From Phaeosaccion multiseriatum (lineage: Eukaryota > Protista > Ochrophyta, other classes), in the NCBI GenBank assembly GCA_965112735.1, contig OZ218961.1, positions 3,162,001 to 3,226,000 on the forward strand: a stretch of DNA of 64,000 nucleotides, given 5' to 3'. This document shows, one piece after another, positions 36,016-49,810 of the stretch. The number at the start of each line of letters is the position of its first letter. The stretch's first letter is position 1. Position numbers and translations under genes: made by a program. The notes below the pieces were generated by a model. That model searched no databases. It had not been told where the DNA came from and saw only the letters and a program-made list of their open reading frames with translations.

Positions 36016-36974
36016 TTAGGTCACTTGCAGCGTGAAGCCGAAGCCGAAGCGATGCTTGTTCTCTGCATGGTTGATTTGCCCCGTGAGCTGCAGCACAGAC
36101 ATGGGGTTGAGCGTGAGCTCCAGCGCACCGTCTACCTTGCCGTTGCCATCCACCGCACACTGGAAACGGCTCTGCTTGAGCTGGAACTCCGCACCGACTT
36201 GCACCATACTCTGTGGAGGGAGTCACACGACAAAGCATATGGGCGGGGTTAGGGCAAAGGCCAGGACAAGGAAGGAGGTGGCGTAAAGCAGAGGAAAGCA
36301 GCCACCTCTGTACCGCGCTCTGTAACGCGCCCCCCCCTCTCTTCTGTAACCGTCCAAGGTGTCACGCTTACCTGCTCCGGCGCGAAGGGATTGGTCAGAA
36401 GCTCCGCCGCCATGGTGACTCTCTTAGGGAAGATCTTGCGGTGGTACTGCGCCTGCAGCATGCCGTTGGCGTATAGTAAACTGGCCAGGTACTCGGGCTG
36501 TCGGCACGACGCCAACGGAGAGAGGGGGACAGAGAGGTATGACAGAGAGACAATAGAAAGAGAGAGAGAGGGGGGGGGGGGGAGACAGGCGAGGGAGAGG
36601 CAGACGGGTAGGCACGTAAGACAAGCGGGCAAGCTTAGGCGACATTCGACGCTGGGGAGGCTGGCATCCACGAGACGCGACGACAAGCCACAGAGGACAG
36701 GAGACAGGGGACAAGGGACAAGCCGCACGAAGGAAGGAGGATGCGACGCACCTTCTTATATCTCGCGCCCATGCTAAAGCCGAAGAAGCTCTGCTCCTCG
36801 TTGTAGGTGCAGTCCCCTCCCAGGATGAAGCGAGGGGAGAAGGCCTGAGCAAAGGCCATGCTCACAAACGGCCCCTTGCCCACGACGAGCTGACTCGAGG
36901 CTAAGAGGGGGGGGAGGGGGGACAGCACACACATACACACACACACATACATACGCACACACACACACATACAT

Positions 36975-37015
<41 letters not shown>

Positions 37016-38262
37016 TACACCAGCAAGAGAGTCAGTCAGGAAGGGCCCTCTGACCAGCAATAGACCGCAGCAGGCCGGTGTACGTGTGCGTGTGGCCGCG
37101 CAAGAGAGGCGGGGTGGTGCTCCTCAGAGGACGTATACTTTGGAGTCGAAACAAGCAGCACACACGGTACCACACCAAGCCCAGCTCAGCTCAGCCTCAG
37201 CTGCAGCAGCAGCAGCTGCAGCAGCCAACCCCACCCGCCCGTCTCTCTCCTCTCCCCTCCGTGAGGGTCTGCAAGGCTCTCTCTCACATGTGGGCTGCAC
37301 CACGTCGAAGGTGGCCATGCCGTTGTTAGCCTCGTCCTGAAGGCTCAGCTGCAGCTTGGTGCTCACGACGGGAAGGCCGGGAACGGGCAGCGGGAAGTGG
37401 AGCCGGCCGTCGAAGTTGTGCTCCTTGTCGAACTTGGCCATGACCAGGGAGTCGTCCTCCTGGATGTGCGCCGTCAACTGTGGAGGCGTGGTGGTGGGGG
37501 GGGAGGGAAGGGAGAGAGAGATGTGGAGGAGGGTGGAGGTGGAGGCAGAGAGGAGGTGGGGTTGTCGGCAAGGAAGACCAGACAAGGGGTTAAGAGGTGG
37601 CGCTGCAAGAAGGCGACTATAGCCGACCATAGCATAGCTGCTGCGTATCGCACCACTGCACTCACCGAATAAGAGTCTCCTGTCTTGGTCTGTGAGGTCC
37701 CTAACCAAAGGAAGTGACTCATGAAGAAGGACGGAGTCACCGGCTAAGGCGAGGAAGATGGACGCAAGCAGAGAGAGCCGAGCGCGAAGAGAGGGAGGGA
37801 GGGGACGAGGCATTTGGACGACTCAGCGAAAAGACGCGAGGAGCCAACTCGTCGTTCGCCTCCAGGGCGTACCATCCATTGCCATCCCTCCTTCCCCGGA
37901 CAGTTGGACCGGACCGTCAACAAAGGCTTGCAACTTGCACACTCCACACTCCCACGCACCTTCTGCAGCTCCACGCGCAGCCCGTCCCACGTATCTACGT
38001 TGACTATCCGCTTGGTGTCACCAAAAAGGTCGGTGAACTGCGCTGGAGGCCGGATGGCGCTCCTCCCCTGTGCCTCCCTATCTGCTTGCTCCACCAGCGC
38101 TGGCTTTGCTTCTACCGCTGCCCCGCCGTCCGCCCCGGGCGCGGTTGCCTCCTTTGCCTTCTTGGACGCTTCTAGCCCGAGGCTCACCTCCTCCTGCATG
38201 GCGTCGCACCGGACGACACTCATGCCGCCGAAGGCCCGCGCCAGCCCATGCAAAACGAACAT
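36016..38262 (-). CDS. TOM40: Mitochondrial import channel Tom40, multi-exon
   Basis: Motifs DTWDGLRVELQK|PVTPSFFMSH, LQAQYHRK..RVTMAAEL, VGAEFQLKQSRF..VDGNGKV..LE, and terminal beta-signal HRFGFGF. Confidence 0.88.
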
Positions 38263-38947
38263 GGTGAATTTGCGGGTTCCTGCGTCCCTATCTACGCACA
38301 GAGGTTCTCTGCGCCGCCAATGAAACCTCTACCTTCTCTCTCTGGCCCTAATGGCAAGGAGGGTCTGGCCGCCTCTTGTTTGCCTTTGTCTTTTCTCTGC
38401 TTGCTCTCCTCCGCTCCTGACCCGACGTGTTTCTCAACATGACGATGACGCCCGCATCATCACCCCCCTCCTTCCTCCTTGCCGCGAAATTTCTCCCCGA
38501 ACGCACGTGATGTGGGTGATGCAAGGTTGCACGGTTCAGGACACGGGTTGGGGTGATGTATCGTATCGTAGGGCCTTGCTCTTCGTCCGCAGTCGTCGTG
38601 GGAAGGGCTCTGAGAGAGGGTTGCAGAGGCAACGTAGAGCAGGTCAGCGGTCAGCACAAGGCGGAGAGGGAATCTAGGGTACGGGCGGGGGTCGAGGAGA
38701 AAGAAGAGAGATGGCGTAGGGTGGGATGGATGATGACCACCAAGCGGGAAAGCCGGGGAGAAGAAAGGGAGAGAAGACGTCATTTAGCCGCCCGCCGTCC
38801 ACCGCGCGAAGGAAATCAAAGCAACGCCCCATCTCCACCTCCTCCATCCACAAGCACACTCCTTACGTGGTTTTTATGGTTTTTTCTATCTAATACACCC
38901 GCCCCCCTCCAGCCTGCCAATCTCGAGCCGACATTTGAAGTCGATCC

Positions 38948-38996
38948 TCTCGATTTTCCAGCGATCTTCCAGAAAATCGAGATACCAATTTCGAAG
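38948..38996. promoter_or_regulatory. Heat-shock-element-like palindrome upstream of STI1
   Basis: TTCCAGAA (38967-38974) inside an 11-bp inverted repeat TCTCGATTTTC/GAAAATCGAGA, plus TTCGAA, 50-90 bp before the STI1 ATG. Confidence 0.45.
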
Positions 38997-39042
38997 CCGC
39001 CCCGCCCCGGCCGTTCTCTATCACTCTGTGGCCACAGCAACC

Positions 39043-42000
39043 ATGGCGGATGAGGTGAGAGCGAGGGACGACGGAGGAAGAGAAGAGGGTCGGGTGCTGG
39101 ACCTTGAGTGCAGATGTGGCGGGGGCTTGAAGCTGGGGAGTGTGGTACTCTTTGGAGGGAGGGAGCGCCGCACAAGCTGGAGGGCAAGGCGGCACACCAC
39201 ACTTCGGGATGCGCCTGCTGCTGTTAGCCACGCATAAAGTGTCTGCTATGGCTCACGATGAGCTGCTGGCAGACGTGTGAACCTGCACAGCTTGGCGGCT
39301 GCTCCTTGGGGTTCGATGTTCTGTGTGAGATGACCTGTCGCCGCCGCCCCCTTTTGGGCTCCGCACTTTACCCAGTCTTCACGCTGGGAAGATGCCATTC
39401 TAACCCCCCAATCACCTCGGGTTTTTCTTCGTCCTTATCATGTGCCATAGCGACATTCTGTAGGGTAGCGTCCGCTGTGGATGTTTTTTTTTGTGCTCGC
39501 GGCTGGCTCCATCTCCGCCTTCTCAAAGGGATCCTTCGTTCAGAGTTTGCCTTCATCTTTTCTCTCCCTCTCTCTCTCTCCGTCTCTCCGTTCCACTAAT
39601 TTACAAGATCTAAACTGCTGCGCTGCTGTGTGCACCCCTCCCGACAGTTCAAGGCCAAGGGTAATGCCGCTCTCCAGGCGGGCAACTTCGACGAGGCCAT
39701 CGCCATGTACACAAGGTGGGTAATAGCGTATGCCCAGTCGTAGGTAGCAACGAAGTCGGGACGGAGGCCGGCTCTTCGTGCTCAAGTTATTGCCTGGATC
39801 CTTGGCCATGTCGTCTCTTTGGCTTCGTGGAGAGCATGAAGCAACCAAATGGCACCGCTAAAGAAACCCGCCACAGGGCGCCTCCTAACTCAAAATCTTC
39901 GCAATGCCCCTGCCCTCCCCTGCCCTCCCCTCCCCTCCCCTCCCTTCAGCGCCATCGAGCTGGACGGCTCGAACCACGTGTTCTACTCCAACCGCTCGGC
40001 CGCGCACCTCAGCAAGGGAGACGCAGAGGCGGCCCTGGCAGACGCGACGCAGTGCATCAGCGTCAACGACAAGTGGCCCAAGGGTTACTCCAGGTGGGTG
40101 GGGCGGGGTTGCCGGGGAGTGAAGCAGGAGTGGAGCACTCGGGGAGAGCAAAGGCTACTGCGCTGGTGGTGAAGCAGGAGGAGGAGGAGGAGGAGGAGGA
40201 GCAAGGGCTGATTTGCTCTTCTGCGCTGCTGTACTGTGTTGGGACAGCGCTGCGGGGGGAAACGATAGAGCGGGAAAAGGACAGCCCGACACGACCTCTC
40301 TTTGTGAAATCTCCACCCTCTAATTCTAAAGTCGATGGCCAATGTCGATGCCGAATGTCGATGCCCACAACACCACACAGGAAGGGCGCGGCTCTGCACG
40401 CTCTGCGGCGCTACGACGATGCGATGGACACGTACGAGGAGGGCCTCAAGTTGGCGCCTGAGGACCAGGGACTCAAGAGGGGGCTCGACGAGGTGTCCCA
40501 GGTGGGTAAGCAGCTGTCCCGGGGGGGGGGGAGATGTCGCGGCTGCGGAATGAATGGGCCACGCTAACTGCAGTACTTTTGAGTTTGCCCTTAACGGTGT
40601 GTGGTGCTGTCTGTCCTGCCTGTCTGTCTGTCTGTCTGTCTGTCGATATGTCTGTCTGTATGTCTGTCTGTCGATCTGGCTGTCTCTCTATCTGTCTATC
40701 TGTCTATCTATCTTTCTGTCTGTGCGTAGGCGGCCATGGCTTCTGTCACTCCCCCCGGGGGGGGCGGAGGAGGGGGCATGGGGGGTTTGGGAGGCCTGTT
40801 CAACTTCGGGGGAGACACCATGGGTAAGTCAACAGCACAACAACATGTCAAGCCAACGTGTCAAGCAGGAGGTGCCACAGGCTCTTCGCCGCCACTCCGT
40901 ATGGCACTCCATGGCACTCCCCAACGCACGCACGGCCACACGGTCAACCCAACTTACCCCCGCTCTCTTCCACCTACACACACACGCTCATACAGCCAAG
41001 CTGGCGGGACACCCCAAGTTTTCTGCGTACCTGAAGGACCCTGAGTTCATGGCAAAGCTGAGCTCCCTGCAACAAAACCCCAACAACCTCACCAGCGCCA
41101 TGAGCGATCCTCGCATCATGGAGTGCCTGAGCTTCATGCTGCAGGCGGGCGGCGGCATGGGGGGCATGGGGGGTATGGAGGGTATGGGGGGGGGCATGGG
41201 GGGTATGGGGGGTATGGGCGGGCAGGCAGAGGCCCCCCCACAGGCACCGCAGGAGAGGTGAGTGGGTGAGAAGGTAGGGGGAGGGGGAGAGGAGCGGGGG
41301 AGGGGGAGAGGAGCGGGGGAGGGGGAGAGGAGCGGGGGAGGGGAAGGGAGGGGAGGGCAGTCGTACGCCAACGGCGCCATCAAAGGTACCATCCACTACC
41401 ATCCGTGAAAGGATTGCGCGTTAAGCCTTCGTCGCAGCTACCGTGTGGGGATGAGGAGACTTGAGACTTGAGACTTGTATGTAGGTATGTGTAGTCGATT
41501 TGGGCCGTCCTCTCATCGGTCTTTGGTGGTGTGCTTGCCTTGCCTCGCTTCACGTGCCGCAGCAAGATGGAGGTGGAAGAGGAGGTGGAGGAGGAGGAGG
41601 ATGACTCAGAGCTCACGGAGGAGGAGAAGGCAGAGAAGGCGGCGCTGAAGCTCGCCAAGAAGGAGGCGATCGAGGCCAAGAAGAAGGTACGAGGGGGGCG
41701 GAGGGAGGGAGGGCGGCAAGGGAGTGAGGGAGGGAGCGAGGGAGGGAGGAAGAGGGAGGGAGGGAGGGAGGGCGAGAGGGAGAGAGGGAGGGAGGGAAGG
41801 AGGGAGGGAGGGAGAGAGGAAGGGAGGGAGGGAGGGAGAGGGACTTTTGTGGGGTGCAAATCACCACTCCCACCCCCGTCCTGTACCACCACTGTCTGTG
41901 CCTAACGTCTCTCTTCTCTCCTCCTCTCTCTCAGGGCAACGAGCACTACGTCAAGAAGGAGCTTGACCTTGCCTTGGAGTGCTACGAGCAGGCCATCGAG

Positions 42001-44364
42001 AAGGACCCCTCTAACATGACCTTCCTCAACAACAAGGCCGCCGTCTTCTTCGAGAAGAAGGACTTCGACAAGTGAGTGCAGCGAGCGGGGCCTAAGTAAG
42101 GCGAGCGACTCCCTTGTGCGTCAGTAGTCTTTGGGCCTGAGTGGGCCTGAGTGGGCTCAAGTGGGGGCGGGCGGTGCGGAGCTTTTGCTGGGCGCCGCTA
42201 CTCCTCTTCAACCTTTTGTCGACTGCTGCCCTGCTCACCCTGTGCCTCCCCCGAATGGAAACTGTTCCGTGCGATGAATGTTCCGTGGTGCTGTTGTGCT
42301 GCTTTGAAAGGTGCGTGGAGGTGTGCGAGGAGGCTGTGACTGTGGGCCGCGCCCACCGCGCTGAGTACACAGATGTGGCCAAGGCGTTTGTGAGGGCAGG
42401 CAAGGCCAAGCTCAAGCAAGGGGAGCACAAGGACGGCATTGATTTCCTTGAGAGGGCACAGGTGAGAGGGGGGAGGGGGGTGGCAAGGAGGTGCATCATG
42501 GCGAGAAGAGGAGGAGGGAGAAGGCAAGGAAAGGGAGAAGACGAGAGAGGGAGAGGACGGGGCAGGGGGCATCGAGGCGAGAGAGGAGGGCTCATCGTCC
42601 ACCACCTCATCATTCACCTCGGACCCCCCCGCCCCCCTCCCTCTTTCACACCTCGCCACCTCATCCAATACTGTCGCAGATGGAGGTGTTTTCCAAGGAC
42701 ATTGAGCGCCTCATCAAGACCACGCAGCTCGAGCAGCGCAAGGCAGCCGCCCTGGCCTACATTGACCCCGAAAAGGCCGTGGAGAACAAGGAGAAGGGCA
42801 ATGAGTTCTTCCGGGCACAGAAGTGGGGCGAGGCCATTGCGGTGGGTGGGGGGGGCAAGGGGAGTGAGTGGGGGGGGGGGTGGGCAGTGAGTTGGGAAGG
42901 AAGGGTCTGTTCTGCTTTGCTTTGTTGTGCTTTCGCCTTGCGTTGCTCACACGTTTACTTCCCCGTCATGTGCTTGTCGGCCTCCAATGTCGATGTCGGC
43001 ATCCAATGTCGATGTCAATGTCGATGTTATTATCGATGTCAATGTAGGAGTACGAAGAGGCGATCAAGAGGGACCCGCACAGCGCCCCCCTCCGGAACAA
43101 CCTCGCCGCCGCTCTGTGCAAGGTGGGTGGAGGCGTATGGGGAGGGGAGGGGAGGGGAGGGAGGGAGAGGGAGAGCGAGCGCAAGAAGACAACGGGGGGG
43201 GGGGTCTTTGCGGTCGTTCAGTCGAGGCCCTCTTTCAGTCGAGGCCCTCTTCACGAGTTCCCTCTTCTCTCTCGTGCTGTGCTTCCCCTCCTCTCCCCTC
43301 CTCTCCCCTCCCCTCAGGTGATGGACTTCAATGGGGCCAAGTCGGCTGTTGAGAAGTCCTTGGAGCTCGACCCCAAGTACGTCAAGGCCTGGGCACGCAA
43401 GGGGGACATCGAGCTGCTCATGAAGGTAACCATCACATCACAGACTTACTTGACGTGTCTGACTTGGTAGCAGTGGCCTTCGAGCGAGGGCGACTGACTG
43501 ACTGACTGACTGACTGAATAACTGACTGACTGACTGACTGACTGACGGACTCACTGACTGACTGACTGACTGACTGAATAACTGACTGACTGACTCACTG
43601 ACGGACTCACGGACTGACTGACTGACTGACTGACTCACGGACTGACTGACGGACTCACGGACTGACGGACTCACGACTGACTGACTCACGGACTGACTGA
43701 CTGACTGACTGACTGACTGCTTGTCCAACCACTGCCCTGTCGGCTGTGACCCACCCCTCACCATTTGACACTGACAGGAGTACCACAAGGCCATGGAGAG
43801 CTACAAGACGGGCCTTCAACACGACGCCTCCAACCAACTCTGTAAGGAGGGGCTGCAAAAGACAATGATCAAGATTCAGAGCGCCTCCGGCAGCTCAGAG
43901 GTGGACGAGGAGAGGGTAGCGCACGCAAGGTTAGTGTCGTGTGTGAGTAATTAGAGGCGTATTGGCAAGCCCCCCCCCCCCCCCTTGTGGCCCTGCTACT
44001 TCCCTTGACCCACGCGACACTCTCTCTCTCGCGCTCGTTCTCGCTCTCTCTGTCCCTCTCTCTGCCCCTCTTGTCTTCTTCCCACCCTTTCTGTCTCTGC
44101 CTCCTTCTCTCCCTCTCCCTCCCTCACCCCTCCCCTCCCCTCCCCTCCACTCCCTCCCTGCCTCTGTCTACGCTCCAACCCCCAAACCATCCTCAATGCG
44201 CCCAACACAACAGAGCCGACCCGGAAATCCAGGCCATCTTGTCTGACCCGATGGTACGGCAGGTGCTCTCCGACCCCTCCGAGGCCGCCAAAGCAATGAA
44301 CGACCCCCTTATGCGCTCCAAGATTGAGAAGCTCATCGCCGCGGGCATCGTGCAAACGCGGTAG
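39043..44364 (+). CDS. STI1: Hsp70/Hsp90 organising protein STI1/HOP, multi-exon
   Basis: TPR1 (FKAKGNAAL, NHVFYSNRSAA, WPKGYSRKGAAL), DP1 (YLKDPEF..DPRIM), TPR2A/2B (MTFLNNKAAV, YIDPEKA..KEKGNEFF, DPKYVKAWARKG), DP2 (ADPEIQAILSDP..KIEKLIAAGI). Confidence 0.95.
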
Positions 44365-44489
44365 TGCAGCAGTGTTGTTGGAAGTGCTGCTTGCTGCCGC
44401 CTGCTACCCCATCTAGTGCCATCGACTACTGCCACCTACAGCTGCGGGGGGTGCCTGTGACCTCTATGCCTTGCGCCGCTGTGCTGTGC

Positions 44490-44662
44490 CAGGGTCAGGG
44501 TCAGGGTCAAGGTCAGGGTCAGGGTCAGGGTCAAGGTCAGGGTCAAGGTCAGGGTCAAGGTCAGGGTCAAGGTCAGGGTCAAGGTCAGGGTCGGGGTCAA
44601 GGTCAGGGTCAAGTTCAGGGTCAGGGTCAAGGTCAAGGTCAAGGTCAGGGTCAGGATCAGGG
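44490..44662. repeat. (TCAGGG/TCAAGG)n hexamer array
   Basis: About 28 alternating units in the STI1 3' region. Confidence 0.9.
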
Positions 44663-45839
44663 TGTGGCCACCCATCAGCTCGGCGGGAGAGAGGAGAGAG
44701 AGAGAGAGCGGGGCAGAGTGAGCTGCCCTCTGAGAGAGAGAGAGAGAGGGGGGGGGGGGAGGGGGAAGGGCAGAGCTGACTCCCCTCTCCCTTGGTGTGT
44801 GAGGGAGAGACAGAGGACGGCCTGTCTCCCCTTCGAAGGGCAGAGGGACTCCCCTCCCCTTTCGAACCCAAAGATGCCTTGTGGTGCCTTCCAGCGCTGG
44901 GGCTATCTGAGCGCGTGTCTGACGACGTTTATTTTTATACGATAATCGTACAGTAATGAATACCCCAAGGATTCCCTCCGCCTCGCAAGGGTTTGTGGAT
45001 GTGTTGGCGCCCCTTGAACCCTTCGCGGCAAGTCTCCTATATACTGGCCCCTGTTTGGCCCCTGTTTGGCCCCGGGCGGCGCGGGAGCGAGGAAGGAAGG
45101 AAGGAAGGAAGGAAGGAAGGAAGGAAGGAAGGCCGAAGCCGAGGCAGGCTTGATTGATTGATGGACTCTGCGACTCTGCGATGTAGCAGGAGCAGCAGCA
45201 GTTGGTGATACAGCAGCAGCCCGTTCGGTGCATGGCACCGGTAGACGGGCAGTGCGATAGCCTCAGTCGGAGGAGTGGGGTGGAGCTGGGAAGGGCTCAA
45301 TTCCGTAGCCATTATGTAGGCAGTTACGTAAGGGTAACATAAGGCCTCCCTTCTTCATTCCTGAACCCGTACACCAATTGGAAAGCTTCCTTTTATAAAT
45401 AAAATAAACATACAAGGAAGCTTCCAGGTCTCTGGGTATGAAGGACAGCGCCCTTGACTTGCTCTTTACCATAGCATTGTTATCACCTCTCGCAACTCTC
45501 CTCCTTGACGGACACTCGGTAGTGCTCCGCTGGGGGGTTCATCTTCCCACTCTCCAGGCAGAGGGCGGCAAACTCTTCCGCAGTAGCCTCACACAGTGCG
45601 ATAGCCTCCGTACAGGGAGGGGCACCGCGTACACAGTACTCACAGGCACGACTGCGGCCGGGCTAGGATGCAGACATCGTCAAGGGCCTCGCCTGAGGTG
45701 GTGGCGGAGGGGGACGCCTCCTGCCTAGGGACCATTGCTGCATGCGCCGACGCCTGCTCTTGAGCCCCTCCCTGCCCTCTGCTTCTGTTGCTTCTGTTGC
45801 TTCAGTTGCTTCTGTTGTGTACCAACCCGAGGGGGAACT

Positions 45840-46034
45840 TGCTTGTGCGTGCGCCTTGCTTGTGTCCACCCCTGCCCATATGCCTGCCCATGTGCCTTGC
45901 TTGTGTCCACCCCTGCCCATATGCCTGCCCATGTGCCTTGCTTGTGTCCACCCCTGCCCATATGCCTGCCCATGTGCCTTACTTGTGTCCACCCCTGCCC
46001 ATATGCCTGCCCATGTGCCTCGCTTGTGTCCACC
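45840..46034. repeat. 41-bp minisatellite x~4.5
   Basis: Tandem copies of GCCTTGCTTGTGTCCACCCCTGCCCATATGCCTGCCCATGT. Confidence 0.9.
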
Positions 46035-46142
46035 CCACACCTATACGCCACTCCCGCTGGAGGCCTTTCGGGGAGCCCTCGTCACAGCTGGCAGAGCAGC
46101 AGCAGCAGTTAGTGATACAGCAGCAGGACGAGCGCCTTCCCC

Positions 46143-46690
46143 TCAGTCGGCGGGCCCGCACACGCTGTCCCCCACCCTAATATCCCCCCCCTCCAACACT
46201 TGACAGTACACCCCCATGTACGGTCCGTGCTCGGGAAACAGGCGGGGCAGCTCCTTCACGAGGTCCAGGGGGGGCTCGTCCCCGGGGGGGACGGAGTTGA
46301 TGCCCTTGCAGCGCACCTGGGCATTGGTTCAGGAGTGCAGGGAGGGGCAAGTAGTAGCAGCAGCAGTTGGTGATACAGCAGCGACAAGAGGGCGGCAGCA
46401 GATGGCTTGTGGCGTGCCCATACGCCCCCGCCCATACAACCAACTGCCTATAACGGCTGTCAGCCTGCCTGCCTGTCTGCCTGCCTGCCTGCCTGCCTCA
46501 CCGCACTCATGCCGCCATCCTTGATGGCATCACAAACTCGAGCAGCTCAAGGATGGGCACGACCGTCCCCAGTACTGCTACTGGATCACCAACGGCACCA
46601 CCGTCCGCAGTACTGCTACTGTATCACCAACTGCTACTACTCCTGCGCCTCCTGCCCTTTTGACCGACGTCCCTGCTACTGCTGCTACTG

Positions 46691-46724
<34 letters not shown>

Positions 46725-47569
46725 ACCAACCGCTACTAATCATCTGTCCCTGTCCTCTCCTACCAGTATCGCACACACGACCCCCCCCTGACCCCCTCAA
46801 CAGACTGCCATCCGAGAGTCAAGTACACTTACAGTTTTGCTGATCACCCTCATGTTAACCCCCCCTACGGTGATGTCTTTGCCGACCCACTTGAACTCTT
46901 CCCATGCCTCTACGTCTCCCTCCACGAGTATGTTGGGCCTGAAGCGCAGGGCAGAGAGGTGCGCGATTCCGGCGGCGGTTCCGATGGCGTTAACTGTGTT
47001 GAGGTTGACGAGGTGGATCTGACAGCAGAGGCGTGACGGGGAGCGGCGACAGGTGAGTGAGTGAGCAGCACGGGGCAGGACAGAAAGACAGAAAGAACAG
47101 GTAACGACAGAGGCGGAATCTCGTACAATGGGGCCTCCGAGGAAGGAAGGAGAGCAGAGGAGAAGGGAGGAGGGAGGGAAGCAAGCATCGGAATGTCCTC
47201 GGCTCGACATTGACTGTCGCGCTGCTCCACTGCTCCACTGCCCCTCACCGTTCGAATGTCGGTGCTGCCCTTGGTCACGCCTGACTTGGAGTTTCCAAAG
47301 TGATGCATCTTGGCCTGCTCGCCCTCCAGGCCGCTGCTCACCAGCCTCACGGCGGCCGATGCGTCAACGTCCTCCCCCTCCTCCCCCTCCTCCTCTCCCA
47401 ACACTTTGGCGGCTATGAGCCTCTCCACTGCCTGGCGGCCGCTGTCCTCACTGAGCTTGCTTCGCAGCAGGAACTCCCCGCTGCTCACGTGGACAGACAG
47501 CACGGGCAGGCAGGCAGGCAGGCAGACAGACAGACAGACAGACAGACAGACACACAGACACACAGACAC

Positions 47570-47600
<31 letters not shown>

Positions 47601-48530
47601 CACAGACACACAGACCCGGCGGGGGGAGGCACCTCTTGTGCAGTTCTCAGTTTCAGTTTTCAGTTTATGTGACCTTATCAATAGGGAACACCATCAACGG
47701 ATTCGGTATCGATGGTGCGTTAGAGGAGATACGGGATTATGCGCACCCGCCCATGCCCTCCACGACCCCTCCCCGACCCCTCCTCGACCCCTCCACAACC
47801 CCTCCATGACCCCGATGCTCAGTCCAATGGGCGCTCGACTGACCTGCCTGCTTCGCGGAGCGTCAGCGTTTCCGAGTTGTCGTCGAAGCTTGTCTGCAAG
47901 GTGCTCAGCGCCGGGCCTGCTGTAAAGGCGCAGTAAAAGTTTTCCTTGTGGAGCCTTTTGGCGGGGAGGAGGAGCAGCAGTAGCAACATCAGAAGGAGGA
48001 GAAGGAAAGGCCTGAGAGAAAGCAGGCAATGGTGCTCGACTTGCACCCCTCACGAAGTGGCTGTCTGTGTCCACTCACCATTCGGGCTTGAGGGGATCGA
48101 AGGCTGACAGTCGATCATGTAATAAGGGGGAGGGGCAGGAGGGAGTGAAGAAGGGAAAGGGAAAGAAGGGTTGGGTTTTTGTTAGTCTCTCTCTTCCCGT
48201 CTTTCCAAAATGGCGGTGAGCTCCTTGGAGAGCGAGGTACTGCGACTTGCCTGCTTCCCTCCCGGGCTCACGCTTGAGCAGGGCCCACCTCCTGTCCGAG
48301 GGAAAAGCGTCTCCCTTCTGCAGAGACACCGAAGCCAGCTCGTCGAACCCCAGACCCTTGACGGGGTAGCGATGCAGGAAAGAGACTCGACCAGAGGAAG
48401 CAGGTCGAGGAAGAGGGAGAGAAAATGCAGAGGCCGGAGCGAGAAGGCCAACGAGCGAGGATATCACCAGGATGAGAAGCGCAGTAGCACACACCCACGG
48501 AGTGAGTGCATGAGGAAGTAGGTCAAGCAT
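46143..48530 (-). CDS. MOSC-domain (mARC/YcbX-like) protein, plastid-targeted, multi-exon
   Basis: Signal peptide followed by ASAFSLP. Motifs LHRYPVKGLG, DRRWAL, IHLVN, RFRPNILVEG..AWEE..WVG, T|VRC, MGVYCQVLEGGDIRVGDSV. TGA at 46143-46145. Confidence 0.9.
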
Positions 48531-48765
48531 CGAGAATCGAAAGAACCTGGAGACCGAAATGAGAGAGGCGAGAGAGAGGGTTGGTGATGGCAACTCACAG
48601 TTGGCCTTCCCTTCCTCTTCCTCCTCCTCCTCTCCTCCTCTCCTCCTCCTCCTCCTCCTCCTCCTCCTCCTCCTCCTCTCCCCCTCCCCCCTCCCCTTCT
48701 CCTCCCCTGTTGAAGAACTGTCCACCTCGAGGCACTTTGAGCAGAAAGAGACTTGCTTTTGGTCA

Positions 48766-49569
48766 ATGCTCTTCAGTGCCAAACTGGGCTTTTGCTTCGC
48801 ATCTTGCTTGAGCTCAAGCACCCCTAGAGCGGCCCTGCGTGCGTCCATGCCAGCGGCAGCAGCAGCAGCAGCAGGACGAGGAGCAGAGCCGAGCCACGCT
48901 GGCTGGAATGCCGAGTTGGGTGTATGGGAGAACCAGTCGGCCAAGGGGCTGGACGTAGAGCATCTACCCACGCCTCTTTACCTCTTCGGCTACGGCAGTC
49001 TCATCTGGAAGCCACCTCCAGAGCTATCGGAGACTGTTGGTGTGAGCGGGTACATTCGAGGCTTCCACCGCCTCTTCTTCCAATCTTCCACAGACCATCG
49101 AGGGACGCCCGAGGCGCCGGGGCTGGTGGCCACGCTCGTGCCTACGGCTGATTTGGACAAGATCGGACATAGCAGCAGCCGGGATGATAGCAGTCGGCTG
49201 GCTGCCATCGGCGTGAGCAGAGATGAGGATCTTTGCCACGGTGTCGCATACCTCATCGACGACGCGCATAGAGAGGAGGTGTTGGCGGGGCTGGACTTTC
49301 GGGAAAAGGGAGGCTATACTCAGGCACTCGTCGACTTTTTTCCGGAGAGGGAGAGGGTGGGGCAGCCAAGCAGTCCAGAGGGCGCCAGTAGCAGCGGGGG
49401 GGCGGGGGGGGGCGCGTACGGAGAGAGGGGGGCTGTGTCTGTCTCGCCGGTGAAGGCCTTGGTCTACACCGCCACTGTGTGCAACCCCAACTTCGAGAAG
49501 GGCCTCACGCTCCTCGACGCTGCCGAGAGAGTGGCCGCCGCGGAGGGACCCAGGTTAGATAGGGAGAGA

Positions 49570-49646
<77 letters not shown>

Positions 49647-49747
49647 AGAGAGGGAGAGGAGAGAGAGAGAGAGAGGGAGATGAGAGAGAGAGGGGGGGAG
49701 AGAGAGAGAGACAGAGAGAGAGGGAGAGAGAGGGAGAGAGAGAGAGG

Positions 49748-49810
<63 letters not shown>

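Noticed and set aside
45440-45840. Possible small minus-strand gene downstream of MOSC
   Set aside because: Coding-like fragments only, with no coherent gene model or domain.
46260-46300. Apparent frameshift in the last MOSC exon
   Set aside because: The frame VRCKGINSVPPGDEPPLDLVK is continuous. The ORF track simply shows another frame.
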